Made by a program: the position numbers and the translations under genes
In this document: positions 28,262-37,594 of the stretch, in pieces
Layout of the letters: every line of letters begins with the position of its first letter
Position numbering within the stretch: position 1 is the first letter of the stretch
Source of the DNA: Anaerohalosphaeraceae bacterium
Lineage (GTDB): Bacteria; Planctomycetota; Phycisphaerae; Sedimentisphaerales; Anaerohalosphaeraceae
Direction: 5' to 3'
NCBI GenBank assembly: GCA_963675525.2
Contig: CAXXSL010000019.1
Coordinates: forward strand, 160,001-224,000
Length of the DNA: 64,000 bases
The notes under the pieces: model-generated
Told to the model about the DNA's origin: nothing
The model's input: the letters and a program-made list of their open reading frames with translations, nothing else
Databases searched by the model: none

Positions 28262-31200
28262 TTATAACTTCAATCGTTCAATTGCCTGCTGCAACAGTTG
28301 TTTTTCTTTTTCCGGGATGTCTCCGGTGGTTCCCATTGCCTTCTGGTAAAAGTCTCTTGCCTGGCTGTTTTCCCCCAGTCCTTCGTATACCATTCCCAGA
28401 TGTTTAAACATATCCCAGGGAATCGGCGTATTCGAAACCTGATTTAATTGCATTGCCCGGAGAAGATTTCGTTCCGCTTCTTCGTAGCGGCCTGCTTTGC
28501 ACAAACCATAACCATAAGTATCCAGATAAATGGCATTGTCCGTGTCACCCTGGACTGCTTTACGAGCATAACCAACGGCCGTTTCCAATTGCATATCATT
28601 GTCGATTAACAAAAAGGCCAGATTGTTCAACACGGAAGCATTTTCCGGCTGTTTTTCCAGCATCGCTTCGAATAGTGAGACCGAGCGATCCAGATAATTA
28701 TTGTCTCCGGTTTTAATATATGCCAAGAGCAGCACATTACTTTTATCGGTTGCTAATGAAAGCCATGCTGGGTGATCTGTTCCCAACAGCTTTATGCATT
28801 GGTCCAGATGTTCTACGGCGTCATTGTAGCGTCCCTCTATTTCGGCGAGTCGGTAGGCCAGCAAATGAACGGGGATAGAATCCGGGTCCTGTAACAATTG
28901 TTCTTGACACCACGACTCGATGGGTTTTGGTCCTACGGACTTCAACATATTTGCTAAAAGGAGTTCCTGCATTTTTTTACTTGCCCCCATTTTTTGAAGG
29001 GCTTTTTCAAAACTATCGTTCGCTTTGTCGGGCTGATTCAATTTTAATTGAATCAGGGCCATATAGGAATAGGCAGCCGGTGCGGCCGGGGTGTCAATAA
29101 ATTCGGATGCAAATGAGAAGGCCTTATCATATTGCCCACCCTCATATAAACTCTTAAGATACGAAACAAAAAGGCTCATTGGCTGGTTCTGTCTCTGTAC
29201 GCTAAGATCCCATGCACGCTGTAATAATGCTTGTGCTGTTACAAAGTCTTTCTGTTCGATGCAGTATTCCCCGACCCGTTGAAGCCAAAAGACACTTTCG
29301 GGATATTTGTCAAGTGTACTTTGATAAAATTTTCCAAGTTCTCCAAAATCCTTCGTTTCCTTATAAATGGATTCGATCATAGACCAGAGCTGAAAAGGAG
29401 CCTGCGGGTCATTCAGTCCCTCTTTTAATTCCCCGATCGCTCCCTGAGGATTCCCCATTTCATTGTAAATAGATGCCAGTTCGAGGCGTATGTTCGGATT
29501 CGGCAGAATACGTTTGCTGCGTTGTAAGTCCCCGATTGCCTTTTGAGGTTGATTCATCAGGTGGTACAATCGACCACGGAGCCGCCATGCGCCGGCGTTC
29601 TCCGTATCTGTTTCAAGATAACGATTGGACAACGAAAGCGCCTCTTCAAGATTCCCATTTCTCATTTGGATCCAGCCTTCCAGAAGGAATACAAGCGTTT
29701 CTTCCGGATAGCGTTCTTTAAAGCCTTCCACTTTTTCCGCCACTTCTTCGGTAAAAGCATTATCCAGATATTTCTGGAATAAAAATAACTCAGCTTCTTT
29801 ACTGTCAACCACATCCTTCAGAATATCCAAATACTGTTTAACCTGTTGGCGATCCCCCATGCCTTCGGCGACCAGAACGAATCCGCGAAGCACCAGTTCG
29901 TTCTTTGGGTCCTTTTCATATAAACCGTCCAGTATCTCCTTTGCTTGTTCAAATTGGCTGTTTCTCAGGTAATATTTCCAGAGCAAATTCTGGTCATCTT
30001 TGAGCAGCTCGACGGCCTCCTGTTCTTTTCCGGAGAGGCTGAGAAAATTGGCATACACTTCTTGAGCATTTTTGTTTTCCGGATCCAATTCAATGGCTCG
30101 TTGATAAGCCTTGTTCGCTAATTCGACGAGTCCGGTTCTCTTGGCCGCGTCCCATTCAGACTTTGCCTGTCGCGTTGCCATATTTCCCAGCATTAACGCG
30201 TTTTGAACACTGGGGTAACTTTCCAGTAGAAGCTGACGAATTGAAATCGCATCGTCCGGTTTATCTGAACTAATGATTTCGGCATACACGCTCTGCAGTT
30301 GCCAGTCTTTGGGATTTAAAGCCATTGCCCTCACAACGGCCTCCTGAGCCTCGGCTTTTTGTTGTGGCGTGACCTTGCTGCCGAGTTTTGTGTTTTGCGC
30401 GAACAGATAGGATGCCATATTCCTGGCATAAAGGGAATTCTTGGGATCCATTCTTATGGCAGTTTGAAGATTTTCAATTGCCGGCTCATAATCTTCAAGT
30501 TGGTGATAAACCTGGCTTTTCAGGGAATAGATCTCACTGGACAGCGGCTGAAGCCTCAGGGATTCTTCCAGCCGACGAAGGGCGAGCGGGTAGTTTTTCC
30601 TGACGATTTCGAGCCGTGCAGAGTACACGCCGCCTTCGCAGCCATCGATATTCAGTTCACGAATTGGTTTTAAAAGACTTTCCGCCGTCTGGAAATCCTC
30701 TTGGGCTATGGCGAGGGTAAATTTTAGATCCAGTACCTGTGTATCTTTATCTGCGTCTTCTTTAGGAATTCCCTGAAGCATATTGACGGCCTTTACATAA
30801 TCGCCCTGTTCACGGTACAGCTTTGCCAGTTCCAGTGATTTGTTATTTGAATCGGGCAGGGCATTTAAGACCTGCAGTACAAGTTCCTGTTGCCGTTGGC
30901 GAGAAATTTGAGCAGGGTTTTCTTCCTGTATCTGAAGTTTAAGCACTTTTAACGGCATATTGTCGGGGTACTCCGACAAATACTGATCGATCAGTGCGAC
31001 AGCTGCTTGTGTCTGGTTGCTTTGTATAAAGTCATAACAAACGGTAGTCAAGAGCCCACCATCAAGCATTTCAGGGCTCTGGTCGAGCAAATCACGGAGC
31101 AGTTGACTTCGTTCTGTGCGTAATTCTGTTAATTGCTGTGTTTGTTCCGCTGAAGGGATCTGAGAATCTTCCTGTTGTTTGGTGGAAAGTTTGATTTGAG

Positions 31201-33034
31201 TGATTTGACTGGTTAACAGATCGATTTTTAGTCGGAGTCTGATCGGTTCCGTTTCGGGTATTTCTAAAAGTGCCTGTTGAGCTTTTTCGACCTCGTTCAA
31301 GGCGGTCAGTGCCTGGACTCTGATTGTTTGGCTTTTAAGATCGATCCCCCAACGACCTTGATAATTGTCCATGATCGACAATACCGTTGGCCATGCACGC
31401 AGTTGCCCCATGATTTCGGCATAATCCAGCAATAACCAGGGTTTTTGTAAAACGATTGGGTTTTGGTTGGCGATGGCTTTACCCAAAAATTCAAATCGCA
31501 TTCCCTGTTCGTTCTTATTCTTCATAGCATCGGCCAGCATGACACATAGAACCGGATCGATCTGAGATCGCTCCATCTGTTTGTCCAGTGCTTTAGACTG
31601 CTCATAGGACTGATACATCAGTCGAACGGCTTTGTCGTCTTGGCCTTTTGCCAGGGCCAGCATTCCCTGAAATTTTTGAACCGTGGGGTTTTCGGCGGCT
31701 CCGAAATAACTGGTGACTTCGTCAACTCGCTCCTGAGCCTTCTGGATCCATCCCTGGGCAGCAGCTTTGTTTTCCGAGTTATTTTCCTGTAATGCTTTTT
31801 CAATATAAAGTTCAGAAAGAAACATGTTGACGAAATTACGATAGGCCAGATTTTGACTCCGTCGCGGACCGGGACTGTCTTGAGTGCCCGGTTTAGTCAA
31901 TGTGTTCTCAGCCATTTGTATCGCATCTGCAATGGCATCCGGATCACCAAAGGCCGAGCCTTTCCGGTATAAAAGCCGCGCCACCCGAATAGCATATTGG
32001 ATGTTTTCCGGTTCCAGTTCAAGGGCCTGACGAGTGGTTTCGATAGCCCGGTTTAACTCCGCCAGCGGCGACAGATTACCGGGATTTTCATAGGCAATGG
32101 AGACCACGAGAAGGAATTCGGCATTCGGTTCGATTTTATCGGCATAGGTTTCAATTTCATTGCGAATGTTATCGACTGCATTAGGCTCATTAGCAGTTGC
32201 CTGTAGTCTGAACATCAGAAGGTTGGCTGCCGCTGTAGCTTTATTGTCGGCCTGGTCGAAACCGGTGTTCAACCATTGAAGGGCCTCTTTTTGTGCATTT
32301 TCTTTAGCATCTCTGATACCGTCCAATTCGTCAAACTCACCCTGCACTGTCGCCGCCTGTGCCCTTAACAGGTATAATGCTTCATCTTCTGGATGCTGCT
32401 TGAGGAGGTCCTCCAGGTAAGTGAGAGATTCTGTCAGCAACTCTTTGCGATTGGTGGTTTCTCCTCGCTGTGCCATGTACAAATTTGCTTTTGCATATGT
32501 TGTCAGAAGTTCTGCATCCGGGTTGGTCCCCTGGTTCTCGAGAATATCCAGCATTTCTTTGGTGATTTCTTTGATGTTTTTCCATAGCTGGGGATTTCCG
32601 GCATCGGCAGCCTGATAGTAATAATCCAGCAAGTTCCTGCGTGCTTCGATATTGTTGGAATCGATACTGGTAACTTTATTCCAGCAGGCGAGGGCCTTGA
32701 GCCAGTTTGCCTCATGCTCCGAATTATTGATCAGGTGGAAATCAGCGATATCAAAGAGACGTTCAACTTTATACTCGTCCGAATACCCAAAGCCGAAAGA
32801 AAGCCCGAATTGCTCTTCGGCCTTTATGTAATCGCCGGCTTCAAGGAATTCTTTGGCTTTTGCCAGAGCCTTATCGGGGTCTTGTCCGAACCCAAGTATA
32901 CGAGCGATCTTGTTGCGACCGATTCTGGAACGGGCGATTCTGGGGCGGAGCACGATGAGCATGCCGCCGCCAATAATCAACACGATTAAAAAAATACCAA
33001 TGATCGCAACTTTTTTATTTAACTTCTTAGCCAT
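28262..33034 (-). CDS. Large membrane-anchored TPR protein (PrsT-like, exosortase-system associated)
   Basis: N-terminal TM; many TPRs, ending VLNNLAF..YLDTYGY..HLGMVY; located in the exosortase operon. Confidence 0.85.
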   Translation of the reverse strand: MAKKLNKKVAIIGIFLIVLIIGGGMLIVLRPRIARSRIGRNKIARILGFGQDPDKALAKAKEFLEAGDYIKAEEQFGLSFGFGYSDEYKVERLFDIADFHLINNSEHEANWLKALACWNKVTSIDSNNIEARRNLLDYYYQAADAGNPQLWKNIKEITKEMLDILENQGTNPDAELLTTYAKANLYMAQRGETTNRKELLTESLTYLEDLLKQHPEDEALYLLRAQAATVQGEFDELDGIRDAKENAQKEALQWLNTGFDQADNKATAAANLLMFRLQATANEPNAVDNIRNEIETYADKIEPNAEFLLVVSIAYENPGNLSPLAELNRAIETTRQALELEPENIQYAIRVARLLYRKGSAFGDPDAIADAIQMAENTLTKPGTQDSPGPRRSQNLAYRNFVNMFLSELYIEKALQENNSENKAAAQGWIQKAQERVDEVTSYFGAAENPTVQKFQGMLALAKGQDDKAVRLMYQSYEQSKALDKQMERSQIDPVLCVMLADAMKNKNEQGMRFEFLGKAIANQNPIVLQKPWLLLDYAEIMGQLRAWPTVLSIMDNYQGRWGIDLKSQTIRVQALTALNEVEKAQQALLEIPETEPIRLRLKIDLLTSQITQIKLSTKQQEDSQIPSAEQTQQLTELRTERSQLLRDLLDQSPEMLDGGLLTTVCYDFIQSNQTQAAVALIDQYLSEYPDNMPLKVLKLQIQEENPAQISRQRQQELVLQVLNALPDSNNKSLELAKLYREQGDYVKAVNMLQGIPKEDADKDTQVLDLKFTLAIAQEDFQTAESLLKPIRELNIDGCEGGVYSARLEIVRKNYPLALRRLEESLRLQPLSSEIYSLKSQVYHQLEDYEPAIENLQTAIRMDPKNSLYARNMASYLFAQNTKLGSKVTPQQKAEAQEAVVRAMALNPKDWQLQSVYAEIISSDKPDDAISIRQLLLESYPSVQNALMLGNMATRQAKSEWDAAKRTGLVELANKAYQRAIELDPENKNAQEVYANFLSLSGKEQEAVELLKDDQNLLWKYYLRNSQFEQAKEILDGLYEKDPKNELVLRGFVLVAEGMGDRQQVKQYLDILKDVVDSKEAELFLFQKYLDNAFTEEVAEKVEGFKERYPEETLVFLLEGWIQMRNGNLEEALSLSNRYLETDTENAGAWRLRGRLYHLMNQPQKAIGDLQRSKRILPNPNIRLELASIYNEMGNPQGAIGELKEGLNDPQAPFQLWSMIESIYKETKDFGELGKFYQSTLDKYPESVFWLQRVGEYCIEQKDFVTAQALLQRAWDLSVQRQNQPMSLFVSYLKSLYEGGQYDKAFSFASEFIDTPAAPAAYSYMALIQLKLNQPDKANDSFEKALQKMGASKKMQELLLANMLKSVGPKPIESWCQEQLLQDPDSIPVHLLAYRLAEIEGRYNDAVEHLDQCIKLLGTDHPAWLSLATDKSNVLLLAYIKTGDNNYLDRSVSLFEAMLEKQPENASVLNNLAFLLIDNDMQLETAVGYARKAVQGDTDNAIYLDTYGYGLCKAGRYEEAERNLLRAMQLNQVSNTPIPWDMFKHLGMVYEGLGENSQARDFYQKAMGTTGDIPEKEKQLLQQAIERLKL

Positions 33035-33091
33035 AATAACACACTCTCCCTTTTTTGGATATCCATTAACCGTCTACTTTTATTAATACCA

Positions 33092-33877
33092 TTAATATGC
33101 CGCTGATTCGTTCGGATTATAATCTTTTGCGTTGATCCTGTCCCAGTTGGGCCAATGATTTTTTTCCAGTTCCGGCAACAACAGAGACAGCAGTTTTGTC
33201 GAAGCGGCCAGAGTCTGCTCTTTACTGGGATAGGGTTCGAATGAGCTTTGGCCGAAAAATTTCCATTCGACCTTACAGAAATAAGAATACTTACTGAACC
33301 AGTCAAACAATGTTGTACGGGTGTCGGTTCGGTCCTTGCAATATTGTCCATTGGCATGAAACAGGTATTGGACAGAAAAATCCACATCGCTCTGCATGGA
33401 ATTCTGTGCCGTTTGCGTGAAGAGGACGTATTGGAAGCTCACCTTGCCTTTTTCGGATAATTCAACAGATAGTGTCTGGGCGATTTTTAATGCATTTCCG
33501 CCGCCGACATAACATTCATTCGGCACATGAGGCACCATGTCGGGATTGCCCGTATAATAGGTAATAAACAATGAACAATAGCGGGTTGGGCTGGCAGGAT
33601 CGGCTTCGGTGTCTTCGAGCAGCCATTGCAGATAAACATCAGTCCCCAAACTCTCGAGGATTTCCCTGTTCCCGATGGTTTGCTTATTAACAACCTGATA
33701 GGGGGCGAGAACGTCTTCATTAAAATCATCGAAAGGCGTCTGTAGTTTGATGGGTAGTTTTGTCAGTTGTATACCTAATCTTTTTATTAAGATTGCCTTG
33801 GTGCTTGCCGCCAGAAGTAAGACCGAGGCGCACACAAGGAAAGACGCTTTCATATATTCTTGTTTTGCGGTTCTCAT
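33092..33877 (-). CDS. epsI: Exosortase-associated EpsI-family protein
   Basis: LGTD.Y, ITYYTG..VPHVPNECYVGGG motif; ATGA-coupled to the exosortase. Confidence 0.8.
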   Translation of the reverse strand: MRTAKQEYMKASFLVCASVLLLAASTKAILIKRLGIQLTKLPIKLQTPFDDFNEDVLAPYQVVNKQTIGNREILESLGTDVYLQWLLEDTEADPASPTRYCSLFITYYTGNPDMVPHVPNECYVGGGNALKIAQTLSVELSEKGKVSFQYVLFTQTAQNSMQSDVDFSVQYLFHANGQYCKDRTDTRTTLFDWFSKYSYFCKVEWKFFGQSSFEPYPSKEQTLAASTKLLSLLLPELEKNHWPNWDRINAKDYNPNESAAY

Positions 33878-34887
33878 GGCTTCACCTCCGTATCGCATGC
33901 CGGTTTTCTGCGGACGATAACATCTTCCTGTATTTGCTCCTCGTCGTCCACAAACAGGTTGCTCATGAGCCAGGCCAGTCCGCCGTACAGCCCAAAGGCC
34001 AGCGGCAGCATCAACATGCCGAGTATGTCGTGCCAGATGCCCTTGGCATATTGGGGAAAGCCAAAGACATAAATAAGGCCTGTAATCGTTACACGAACGA
34101 AGTTACACACAATAGCGATCAGGATGGTACTGGCCAGCAACACCAGTCGCTGCCACACTGGACGCCAGTGCAGGTATGCCATGGCCACGCCCAATGCGAC
34201 AAATGCCATCAGCAATCGCATGCCGCTACACGCGTCAGCAACATTGAGTTTGTCTATAATTGGTTTGTTTGTGATGATGGTGTAACCATCGAGGTCAATG
34301 ATTACGCCGGCAACAGTGGCTTTTATCTCTGGCATAAGATTTAGGATGAAGCCGGAGACTTGTGCGGCCCATGCTCGCATGGGATTGGTTAGCCTAAAAT
34401 AAATCCCATCGGGCAAAGGAACCGCAAAAAACAGATAGGCCACCGGTAACCAGGCGTATTTCAGGAGTTTTCTGCCGCCCATAAAAAGGACGGCCGCCCC
34501 GAGGGTGGCGATCATGATCAAGGGTTTGCCGTACATGAACTTCAAACCAACAAAATTCACCGGATACAGAATAAACAGAAAAAACACCAGTGCCGGCAAT
34601 CCTACGAACCAACTGGGTTTAAAATTGTCTTTTAGAGAGATGATTTCATCTTTGCTCTGATTGAGAAAATACAGACTAAACAGCGGGATCAGAAGACCAT
34701 GGGACCAACTCGGATTTGTGAGCCATTTATTGACGATTCCGTTGATTTCTTCACGATAGAACCACCAAATCAAAACACCGAACAGTGTCAGTTTAATATA
34801 GGTGTGGACACCAAGGTCGAACCAGCTTTTTTCGTTAGCAGGTTCTGCGGTGGATTGAACGGTTTCTTGTTGTTGATTTTGAGTCAT
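33874..34887 (-). CDS. xrt: Exosortase
   Basis: WSHGLLIP; catalytic Cys (VADACSGMR), Arg (NFVRV), His (WHDILG); multi-TM. Confidence 0.93.
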   Translation of the reverse strand: MTQNQQQETVQSTAEPANEKSWFDLGVHTYIKLTLFGVLIWWFYREEINGIVNKWLTNPSWSHGLLIPLFSLYFLNQSKDEIISLKDNFKPSWFVGLPALVFFLFILYPVNFVGLKFMYGKPLIMIATLGAAVLFMGGRKLLKYAWLPVAYLFFAVPLPDGIYFRLTNPMRAWAAQVSGFILNLMPEIKATVAGVIIDLDGYTIITNKPIIDKLNVADACSGMRLLMAFVALGVAMAYLHWRPVWQRLVLLASTILIAIVCNFVRVTITGLIYVFGFPQYAKGIWHDILGMLMLPLAFGLYGGLAWLMSNLFVDDEEQIQEDVIVRRKPACDTEVKP

Positions 34888-34896
34888 GAATCCAGA

Positions 34897-36474
34897 TTAA
34901 AAAACGCTGTTAAATCCGAAATGCCCGGGGAACGGGTCGCCGTTAAAGTCTTCCGATGCGAAGTTACGATCATAGATAAAACCAAATCCATACGTGGCAC
35001 GGAATGCGTTTCGCAGTACGGCCAGCCATCGACTCGTCCCACTGGTCCCTACGTTAATGGTATCAAACGGTTTAATGAAAAAGTCCGGTTGCAACCCCTT
35101 GGCGATCTTTTCCAGATCAACCAGAACGATTTCTTCCTGCATCAGGCCGGCCTTGTTTTTACCGATACGGCGAATCACTTCAACCTTTTTCGGTTGGGCG
35201 AGCTGATTCAACCCGCCTGCATTAATGATCGCTTGCTTAAGGGTAATGAGACGTCCTGTCAGTGCATAAGAATTCGGGCCGTTGACATTGCCGCCGATCC
35301 AAAACTCGCCGACCACGTCCCGCGGAACTATAATGCGATCACCGGGGCGGATAATGATGTTGTATTTTGGATCACTGGATTCAAAGCGATCCCTTGGGAT
35401 CTTGATGACCCGCGTGATGGTTTCAGCAGTTCCGACATCAGCCAGACCAAAATCAGAAGGAATATCGTCACCGGACCGATCGGACTGTCGCGCGAAATTT
35501 TCGGGCTTGAGCACTTCCGGTTTCATGGCCGATTCAATCGGCTCGCCTTCGACCTGGATAGGTTTCCATTTACCGTCTTCGAAGGTCCATTCGATACGGG
35601 AGGGTTTCTGTTCGGGTAAAAGTTCTTCGATATTACGCGATTCGGTACTTGTATCATCGACCACGTCAATCCCTTCGGGTGCCGCCAGTGCTTCCAGTTC
35701 TTTCTGGGTGATCATTTCGGTAGAGGTGATGATAATGTTGTTTTTTCTGCGATGAACACTGGGCGTGATAATCTCGAGCATTTCTTCTTCGAGACTCTTT
35801 TGGTCGGGCTCGGTTATTCTATTGTCGCCGGGATCTCCGCCGGTCGTCGGCATGACATCCTGCTGGCGAATGTCTCTGGAGACATAGATATAAGTGACGT
35901 TAAAATCGCCAATGCCGCGGGCAAAAGCGATCGCATCTGCCAAACGGATGGGATATCGAGGCATTTGATAGCGGGATGGTTGAGCAACGCCTTGGCCGAT
36001 AATGGAGAAGTATTGAGTTTGTGAATCTCGCAGGGTGACGGTGACAGAGGGGTCTTTGATGATGCTGGGAGAAAGGATATCAGCGATCTCCTGTTCCAGT
36101 TTGGTTTCAGTGAGCCCTGCGGCCGTGACGACACCGACATCCGGAATTGAAAGGCGTCCGGTTTCCGTAATAACATAATCATTGATGAAAGGCGTGGCAT
36201 CTTGATACAATTCAAAGATGGTGATGCGTACCGTATCGCCGGGGCCTAAGACGTAATCCTGCTCGTATTCGACCAAATCTTCCGGACGAGGGTCTTCAGA
36301 TCCTTCATAGGTCGGAGACGGTTCTTCGGCGACTCCCAATGTGTCAAGAATAACATTAACAACAGGTGTCGGCTCAAAACGCCCCAGTTGCGTCGGATCT
36401 AAAACATCGTTATAGCAGCCGCTGACGCCGAGCAAAAACAGGGCGGTTACTATAAGTATGCATTTTTTCATCAT
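34897..36474 (-). CDS. wza: Polysaccharide export lipoprotein (Wza/SLBB)
   Basis: Lipobox VSGC; YVLGPGDTV, G.LSIP.VG...AAGLT..LE polysaccharide export motif; SLBB repeats. Confidence 0.88.
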   Translation of the reverse strand: MMKKCILIVTALFLLGVSGCYNDVLDPTQLGRFEPTPVVNVILDTLGVAEEPSPTYEGSEDPRPEDLVEYEQDYVLGPGDTVRITIFELYQDATPFINDYVITETGRLSIPDVGVVTAAGLTETKLEQEIADILSPSIIKDPSVTVTLRDSQTQYFSIIGQGVAQPSRYQMPRYPIRLADAIAFARGIGDFNVTYIYVSRDIRQQDVMPTTGGDPGDNRITEPDQKSLEEEMLEIITPSVHRRKNNIIITSTEMITQKELEALAAPEGIDVVDDTSTESRNIEELLPEQKPSRIEWTFEDGKWKPIQVEGEPIESAMKPEVLKPENFARQSDRSGDDIPSDFGLADVGTAETITRVIKIPRDRFESSDPKYNIIIRPGDRIIVPRDVVGEFWIGGNVNGPNSYALTGRLITLKQAIINAGGLNQLAQPKKVEVIRRIGKNKAGLMQEEIVLVDLEKIAKGLQPDFFIKPFDTINVGTSGTSRWLAVLRNAFRATYGFGFIYDRNFASEDFNGDPFPGHFGFNSVF

Positions 36475-36551
36475 CAGTCAATATCCACAAAAAAGTATTA
36501 TCTCGTCTTGATTTAAGGAAACACCGGAACTTGTGCCGGAAATTTGATTTC

Positions 36552-36578
36552 TTATCGGTAAAATACCTCAGTTGCTTA
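36552..36578 (-). promoter_or_regulatory. Putative sigma-28 (FliA/SigD)-type promoter for the wza-xrt operon
   Basis: Minus strand TAAG-N15-ACCGATAA versus consensus TAAA-N15-GCCGATAA. Confidence 0.45.
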
Positions 36579-36754
36579 ATCACTATTTCGGCGATAAGAC
36601 CCTTAAACCAATAAAATTACGTCACAAATTGAAATCAAAGTACTTAAATGGACGAATTTTGACGGAAATATGAAAGATTCCCCTCCTCCTGTCCCTAATC
36701 TTCGAATTCATAACTTTTATACCATTATACAGGAGGCAAAGTTCGTTAATCCTG

Positions 36755-37489
36755 TTAGTTTCCCGAGATATTTTCATTATTTCCTTTTTTCGAGGAACTA
36801 TTTAAAACATTTTTATAATCAAATTGGATGATTAATTTTTTTGAAGCCAGCCCATCCTGAATATCGAAAATGTCGATCTTTCTGGGCACGATAGTATTTA
36901 ATTCTTTACTGTAGCGATGGTTATAAGCCAAAGCCATCCATCGTGTCTGCGTTTTTTGATTGTTGAGTTCGACCCGGTCAATTTGATTTGTGTTCAGATT
37001 TTCCAGTAGGTTTACCTGAACACCTTCATTTGGCCAGGGGGCTCCAATGGGTTTATACCACTGACCTTCAAGTTTTACAGCTGGTTTTGAAGAGGCAAGG
37101 GAATCGGTATCCAGAATGCCGGAACTGGCAACAAAGCTATAGAAAATAGAGGTTGCCAGATTTTGATTGATAAATGAAGCCGGAAGGCCCGATAAAAACG
37201 GCGTAAGTTGTTGTGTTGAGTTGAAATCTTCTTTTTTCAACGTGAATATATATTGCCCTGAGGGTTCACGAGCAACGATTTCCAGATATCCGGCTGCCGG
37301 ATCAAAATTATGTTGTTGTTGGGTGATATAGGGGGCGTTATCTTTTCGGAAGTAATAAACGATGCAATCGGTTTTGATTAAAGGCGTTACGGAGATTTTT
37401 GGTGTCTGCTTGATATCTTGTTGACAACCCTGAGTGATGACCATAAGACCCATCAGTGCGATTAATATTATTCGAATCGGATATTTCAT
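36755..37489 (-). CDS. Hypothetical lipoprotein
   Basis: Signal peptide with TQGC lipobox-like Cys. Confidence 0.7.
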   Translation of the reverse strand: MKYPIRIILIALMGLMVITQGCQQDIKQTPKISVTPLIKTDCIVYYFRKDNAPYITQQQHNFDPAAGYLEIVAREPSGQYIFTLKKEDFNSTQQLTPFLSGLPASFINQNLATSIFYSFVASSGILDTDSLASSKPAVKLEGQWYKPIGAPWPNEGVQVNLLENLNTNQIDRVELNNQKTQTRWMALAYNHRYSKELNTIVPRKIDIFDIQDGLASKKLIIQFDYKNVLNSSSKKGNNENISGN

Positions 37490-37542
37490 CTTATGAATCC
37501 CCGTTTTTTAAGTCGCAAAAACAAATTATTTTGTATGATAGC

Positions 37543-37580
37543 AAAAAACTCGGCTCCATGGAGAATCCCGGAGCCGAGTT
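37543..37580 (-). terminator. Terminator of nifJ
   Basis: AACTCGGCTCC/GGAGCCGAGTT stem with T run on the minus strand. Confidence 0.8.
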
Positions 37581-37594
37581 AAAGTCAATTAAAT

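Noticed and set aside
34699..35619. 306 aa + strand ORF (also 18525-19355, 39101-39862, 42325-43098, 58600-59403, 61780-62619 and similar)
   Set aside because: Antisense shadows of well-supported genes, with no motifs of their own
36481..36495. ATATCCACAAAAAAG match to the tRNA-linked repeat
   Set aside because: Short, low-complexity and without the flanking hairpin; likely chance
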